Source of the DNA: Terriglobia bacterium
Lineage (GTDB): Bacteria > Acidobacteriota > Terriglobia > 20CM-2-55-15
Length of the DNA stretch: 64,000 bases
Reading direction: 5' to 3'
Assembly (NCBI GenBank): GCA_963664115.2
Contig: CAXWPJ010000004.1
Span: 125,459 to 189,458, forward strand
A program made the position numbers and the translations under genes. The notes beneath the pieces were generated by a model that was given only the letters and a program-made list of their open reading frames with translations, was not told the DNA's origin and ran no database searches. This document shows positions 60,381 to 64,000 of the stretch, in pieces; within the stretch, counting starts at the first letter, position 1; each line of letters starts with the position of its first letter.

Positions 60381-61115
60381 TTGACGCATGCGTATTCGGT
60401 TATAACTCTGCGTAGGCTCTCTTTAGGTGTTCTCTTGATCGGAATCCTCCTCACCGCCCGTCCCGCTCTTTCTCAGAGTGCGGGAGACCTCGAATTAAAC
60501 GTCTTTTTTGGTGGTTCCTGGCACAGCAGCAACGCGTACGAAGTGGGGCCGCCTCAGTCGGTCACGCCGATCCAGCAGGAATTCACCTTCAACCAGGGGT
60601 ACCGCGGCGGAGTGCGGGTTAACGTTGCCAACTCGGGCCATTGGGGAGAAGAGTTTGTTTACAGCTTCGAGTCTAACGAGGCGCGATTCATCACAGTGAA
60701 CCCGTCCGCCGCAGACCTGGAACTGGGAATGCAAGTCCATCAGTTCGCGATCAACACTCTCTACTACATTGATGCCGATGAGAGTCTGCCTGTCCGGCCG
60801 TTCTTGAGCTTCGGTATTGGCGGAACGCTGTACCGGCCCACGGACGAAGCGAAAGCGATCGCCCGCGATCCCTTGCGGGGCAACCTGGGTGGGATTGACA
60901 ATTCAAGCGAACTGGCCTTCAACTACGGCATCGGGCTGAAAGCAAAAATCAGTGACCGAATCGGCTTTCGCGTCGACGGTAAGGGCTTTATATCCCGAAC
61001 TCCATCCTTCGGCTTCGCACGTGAATCGACCGACCCGAACGCAACGGTATTCGCCGCCGGAGGCGCATTTCACAACGCTGAAGCCTCGGCAGGGCTCATT
61101 TTCTACCTGGATTAG
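60381..61115 (+). CDS. Outer-membrane beta-barrel protein
   Basis: Signal peptide, RPFLSFGIG, FNYGIGLK, GFRVD and C-terminal GLIFY; same type as 38019-38570. Confidence 0.85.
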   Translation: MTHAYSVITLRRLSLGVLLIGILLTARPALSQSAGDLELNVFFGGSWHSSNAYEVGPPQSVTPIQQEFTFNQGYRGGVRVNVANSGHWGEEFVYSFESNEARFITVNPSAADLELGMQVHQFAINTLYYIDADESLPVRPFLSFGIGGTLYRPTDEAKAIARDPLRGNLGGIDNSSELAFNYGIGLKAKISDRIGFRVDGKGFISRTPSFGFARESTDPNATVFAAGGAFHNAEASAGLIFYLD

Positions 61116-61298
61116 GCCGGAGCCGGATTTCACCGCGAAGGCACAAAGATGCAAAGGTATGTTCGGAACCATAAAACCGCAGATAGCGGTTAACGGTCTC
61201 TATTCGAAGTAGGATGGCGGTTACACCTGCAGTGACGCGTGCAGACGGAATTCAATTAAGCTAGCCGACGACGGGAGCAGCCATGTAATAGCTCGTCA

Positions 61299-61658
61299 TC
61301 AATTTGAAACGAGTTTCAGTTCAGTCGCTGCTGCTCTGAGTGCTTTATTGAGAGTCCACATCTTGCAGGGTTCGAGGAGTGCGGAGGCAAGCAAATGCAC
61401 GTCGATCCATCCCAAACCGCGACCCGAAAGTTTCTGTTCATCGATAAAGCTCAAAACTTCCTCGTGCTCAGCAATCGGTGCCTCTGGCAAAGCCCTTAAT
61501 AGACCCAAGAGCTCATTGCGATTTCGAATCCTACCGCAGGCTAATTCACCGATCACGAAGCGATGGCAACAGACATCACCTCGGTCGAGGAGTGCGGCCA
61601 GTTGCTTGTTACCGTGCCTCAGATGGTCAATCCACACTGAGGTATCGACCAGCGTCAT
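61299..61658 (-). CDS. vapC: VapC PIN-domain toxin
   Basis: LVDTSVWIDHLR, VIGELACG, GLGWID.HLLAS and WT motifs. Confidence 0.92.
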   Translation of the reverse strand: MTLVDTSVWIDHLRHGNKQLAALLDRGDVCCHRFVIGELACGRIRNRNELLGLLRALPEAPIAEHEEVLSFIDEQKLSGRGLGWIDVHLLASALLEPCKMWTLNKALRAAATELKLVSN

Positions 61659-61855
61659 TATGCTAGCCGTGGCCGTCGCCTGGGCATCGGTCGGAGATTT
61701 TTCTCAGTCGCACCCAATGCTGCCAGTCGACGTGCGCTTTCCAGAGCGATCAGCGCTTCCAACCCTTGCCGAACTAAAGCTGTCTTCTCAGACGTGCCGG
61801 TCAGTCTAGCCGCCTTCTCCATCAAGGCATCATCGATATTCAATGTCGTTCTCAT
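61658..61855 (-). CDS. vapB: VapB antitoxin
   Basis: MRTTLNIDD.L...A..LTG..EKT.LV..GL; TAATG coupling to vapC. Confidence 0.92.
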   Translation of the reverse strand: MRTTLNIDDALMEKAARLTGTSEKTALVRQGLEALIALESARRLAALGATEKNLRPMPRRRPRLA

Positions 61856-62237
61856 ATGTATAAGTCTGTATTATTTATGCATACACAGTCAACGAATAAG
61901 GATGTCGAGAACTATGGCTCAGGCTGCCGTGGGATCACCCGACACGGAAACGCATTTCCCAGGCTCTCAAGAGCAATACCAAGGAATGCCTCACCCCGCC
62001 TGTCGGCCGGTAAGGCATCGAAGTAGCTCACAAACACTGTGATCAGCACCTCGACCCAGTTCCGGTCTCCCATGTTTTGCGACCAGTCCCGAGCTATCGG
62101 ACAAATCCTAGCTAAGGGCTGCTCTGGCGGTTCGAAAACGAAGAGATCGGTCTCGATGGCGCTTGCGAAGACAGCACACTTTCTGATCATTGGTGTGTCT
62201 CTCTCTGCCTGCACAATTCCTTCTCCTCACTCCGTTC

Positions 62238-62411
62238 GAACAACTCGGACTTGATCGCGTCAAATCGTCACGATTTACAGATCGGTCAACTCAGGTTGTG
62301 ACTGTGAAGCCAAGTCCGGCGAACGGGACACGAGGGAGCTGGGACCGCAGCCACGCATCACAAGTGCGAACGAACCCGCCGCAGCTGCCGATTCTGATCG
62401 GTTGTTAGCCG
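62238..62411 (+). repeat. Two attC-like imperfect palindromes
   Basis: GAACAAC-5-CTTGATCG...CGGTCAA-5-GTTGTGA (62238-62301) and CGGCGAAC...GTTAGCCG (62317-62411). Confidence 0.4.
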
Positions 62412-62423
62412 AGTTTTTTGGGA

Positions 62424-62684
62424 TTAGTGCTTCGCACGCTTGGCGGGAATGCCGTGGAACATACCGTCTACACTGAGATCCTCGTCTACATCAGACCAGT
62501 GAACGCCCTGACCGTCACCCAGAATCTCAAAGTTTTTGCGCTCGTCCGGCGTCGCGTCGCTTAATCTCCACGACCACGCTAATGGCACACCGATCACCCG
62601 GCCATCAACCAAGTGGAACGTGATCGCTTCGTCTGTGACGGAGACGTCCCGAACCCTGGCGTCTACATTAACCGCAGTGCTCAC
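62424..62684 (-). CDS. DUF2442-family protein (toxin-antitoxin-like pair)
   Basis: L.DGR.I.VPL.W..RL..AT and G.GVHW.DVDEDLSV motifs. Confidence 0.9.
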   Translation of the reverse strand: MSTAVNVDARVRDVSVTDEAITFHLVDGRVIGVPLAWSWRLSDATPDERKNFEILGDGQGVHWSDVDEDLSVDGMFHGIPAKRAKH

Positions 62685-62904
62685 CCCATACCTCCTTGAT
62701 CCATGTTAGCTCTTCCTGGATCATGGCACGAATCCGATTGAGTTCCCGAGCTGAATATCCATTATTGTGGGCCAATTCGACCGGTTCCAGCCAAAACTTG
62801 CAGACCATCTTGTCTCTCCTGACATGAACGTGTTCCGGCTCGTTGCAGTCAAAGCTATAGAAATAAAATCGATGCGGTCCGGGGATGCCTTGAATCGTCG
62901 GCAT
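62668..62904 (-). CDS. DUF4160-family protein (toxin-antitoxin-like pair)
   Basis: MPT, RFYFYS.D..EP.HVHV and KFWL.P motifs; overlaps DUF2442. Confidence 0.9.
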   Translation of the reverse strand: MPTIQGIPGPHRFYFYSFDCNEPEHVHVRRDKMVCKFWLEPVELAHNNGYSARELNRIRAMIQEELTWIKEVWGEHCG

Positions 62905-62948
62905 TGCTTCACCGTACTACAGAAGCACTTGCAACCGTAAAAGCCGGC

Positions 62949-63064
62949 GGCGGTCAGTCGCCGTGTAGGCGAGGAGTCCGAGCGAAGGCGACGGAGGCGT
63001 ATTGCTAAATACGTCGACGAGACTGAGCGAGGACGACGACGCATACCCGGATGCATGGACCGCC
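62949..63064. repeat. Palindromic intergenic element (MITE/REP-like)
   Basis: Terminal GGCGGTC/GACCGCC with central GGCGTATT-GCTA-AATACGTC hairpin. Confidence 0.45.
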
Positions 63065-63070
63065 ACTAGT

Positions 63071-64000
63071 CCCTGAACAAGCGTGATTGACGAGGAAATG
63101 ATAGTGCAATAAGAGCGGAAGTACCCGAAATGCCCCCTCTCCGTGCGAAAAAAACCTTGAACAGATTCTTCGGAAAAGGAGGCATTTCAGATGAACGATT
63201 ATACGCGCAAGAACATGAGGAACCGCAAGCGGCGAATCGAACGTCGGCTTGGGGACCGGCATTGGACGGATCAGGTAGAGCCGATGTTTTCGGCGAGCAA
63301 CATTCAGTACGAGATGGGAGAGCGGACGCGGGGCACATCGGTTGGTGGTATCGGGACGATGCAACTGGTGGCGCGGCGGACCGGGCTGATCGAAGCCATC
63401 GACAAGGGCGTGCATGTGTTGAAGCGGCACCTGCCGTATCACGAGTCGGATCACGTGCTGAACATCGCCTACAACGCCTTGAGCGGAGGAACGTGCCTGG
63501 AAGACATCGAACTGCGGCGCAACGATGCGGTGTATCTGGATGCGCTGGGAGCGCAACGGATTCCGGATCCGACGACGGCGGGAGACTTCTGCCGGAGATT
63601 CGAGGCCGACGACGTGGAGTGTCTGATGGAGGCAACCAATCAAGTCCGGCTCGGAGTCTGGCGACAGCAACCGGCGGCGTTTTTCGAAGAAGCGGTGTTG
63701 GACGCGGACGGGACACTGGCCGAAACCACGGGGGAATGCAAGCAAGGGATGGACGTGGCCTACGACGGGACGTGGGGATATCACCCGCTGATGATCTCGC
63801 TGGCCAACACCGCCGAACCGCTGTATCTGGTCAATCGTAGCGGCAACCGGCCGTCGCATGAAGGAGCCGCGGTCCGGTTCGACCAAGCCATCGCATTGTG
63901 CCGGCATGCGGGGTTTCGCCAGATCCTGCTGCGCGGGGACACGGACTTCAGCCAGACCCGGCATCTGGACGGATGGGACGACCAGCAGGTGGGTTTCATA
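63071..64000 (+). mobile_element. IS1380-family element, right end outside the window
   Basis: Probable left end CCCTGAACAAG at 63071 (inferred), followed by the transposase gene. Confidence 0.7.
63191..64000 (+). CDS. IS1380-family transposase, partial
   Basis: Not in the ORF track. Hand translation MNDYTRKNMRNRKRRIERRL...HLPYHESDHVLNIAYN...IPDPTTAGDFCRRF...LDADGT...YHPL...LLRGDTDF. Confidence 0.92.
   Translation, partial: MNDYTRKNMRNRKRRIERRLGDRHWTDQVEPMFSASNIQYEMGERTRGTSVGGIGTMQLVARRTGLIEAIDKGVHVLKRHLPYHESDHVLNIAYNALSGGTCLEDIELRRNDAVYLDALGAQRIPDPTTAGDFCRRFEADDVECLMEATNQVRLGVWRQQPAAFFEEAVLDADGTLAETTGECKQGMDVAYDGTWGYHPLMISLANTAEPLYLVNRSGNRPSHEGAAVRFDQAIALCRHAGFRQILLRGDTDFSQTRHLDGWDDQQVGFI

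Noticed and set aside
61912-62214. 100-aa ORF between the toxin-antitoxin pairs
   Set aside because: It has a plausible RBS but no recognisable motif; it may be a decayed cassette gene but cannot be supported as a feature.

Overview
GC-rich bacterial chromosomal window. The gene content (DUF6152, S55 peptidase cluster, many exported proteins) suggests an Acidobacteriota-like organism, which is inference. Housekeeping genes (bioBFDA, secA, guaB, M23 peptidase, NhaP, TetR-RND efflux operon, terC/alx under a yybP-ykoY riboswitch) alternate with exported hydrolases and oxidoreductases and with accessory scars. Most notable: (1) a divergent SenA-like (selenoneine synthase-type) EgtB homolog head-to-head with a PhnDCEE-type ABC importer resembling the SelD-associated clade, with no senB/selD/egtD in the window; (2) a 1.8-kb transposase-free segment bounded by 33-bp inverted repeats and TA dinucleotides, carrying a serine hydrolase, whose removal restores a tight two-gene junction; (3) an intact IS256 with a 9-bp target duplication, plus a second copy with more than 20 micro-deletions and almost no substitutions, next to a 54-bp duplication that frameshifts an S55 peptidase (possibly an assembly artefact); (4) two toxin-antitoxin pairs separated by attC-like palindromes beside an IS1380. 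All alignments and family calls were made by eye or from recalled motifs, with no database searches.
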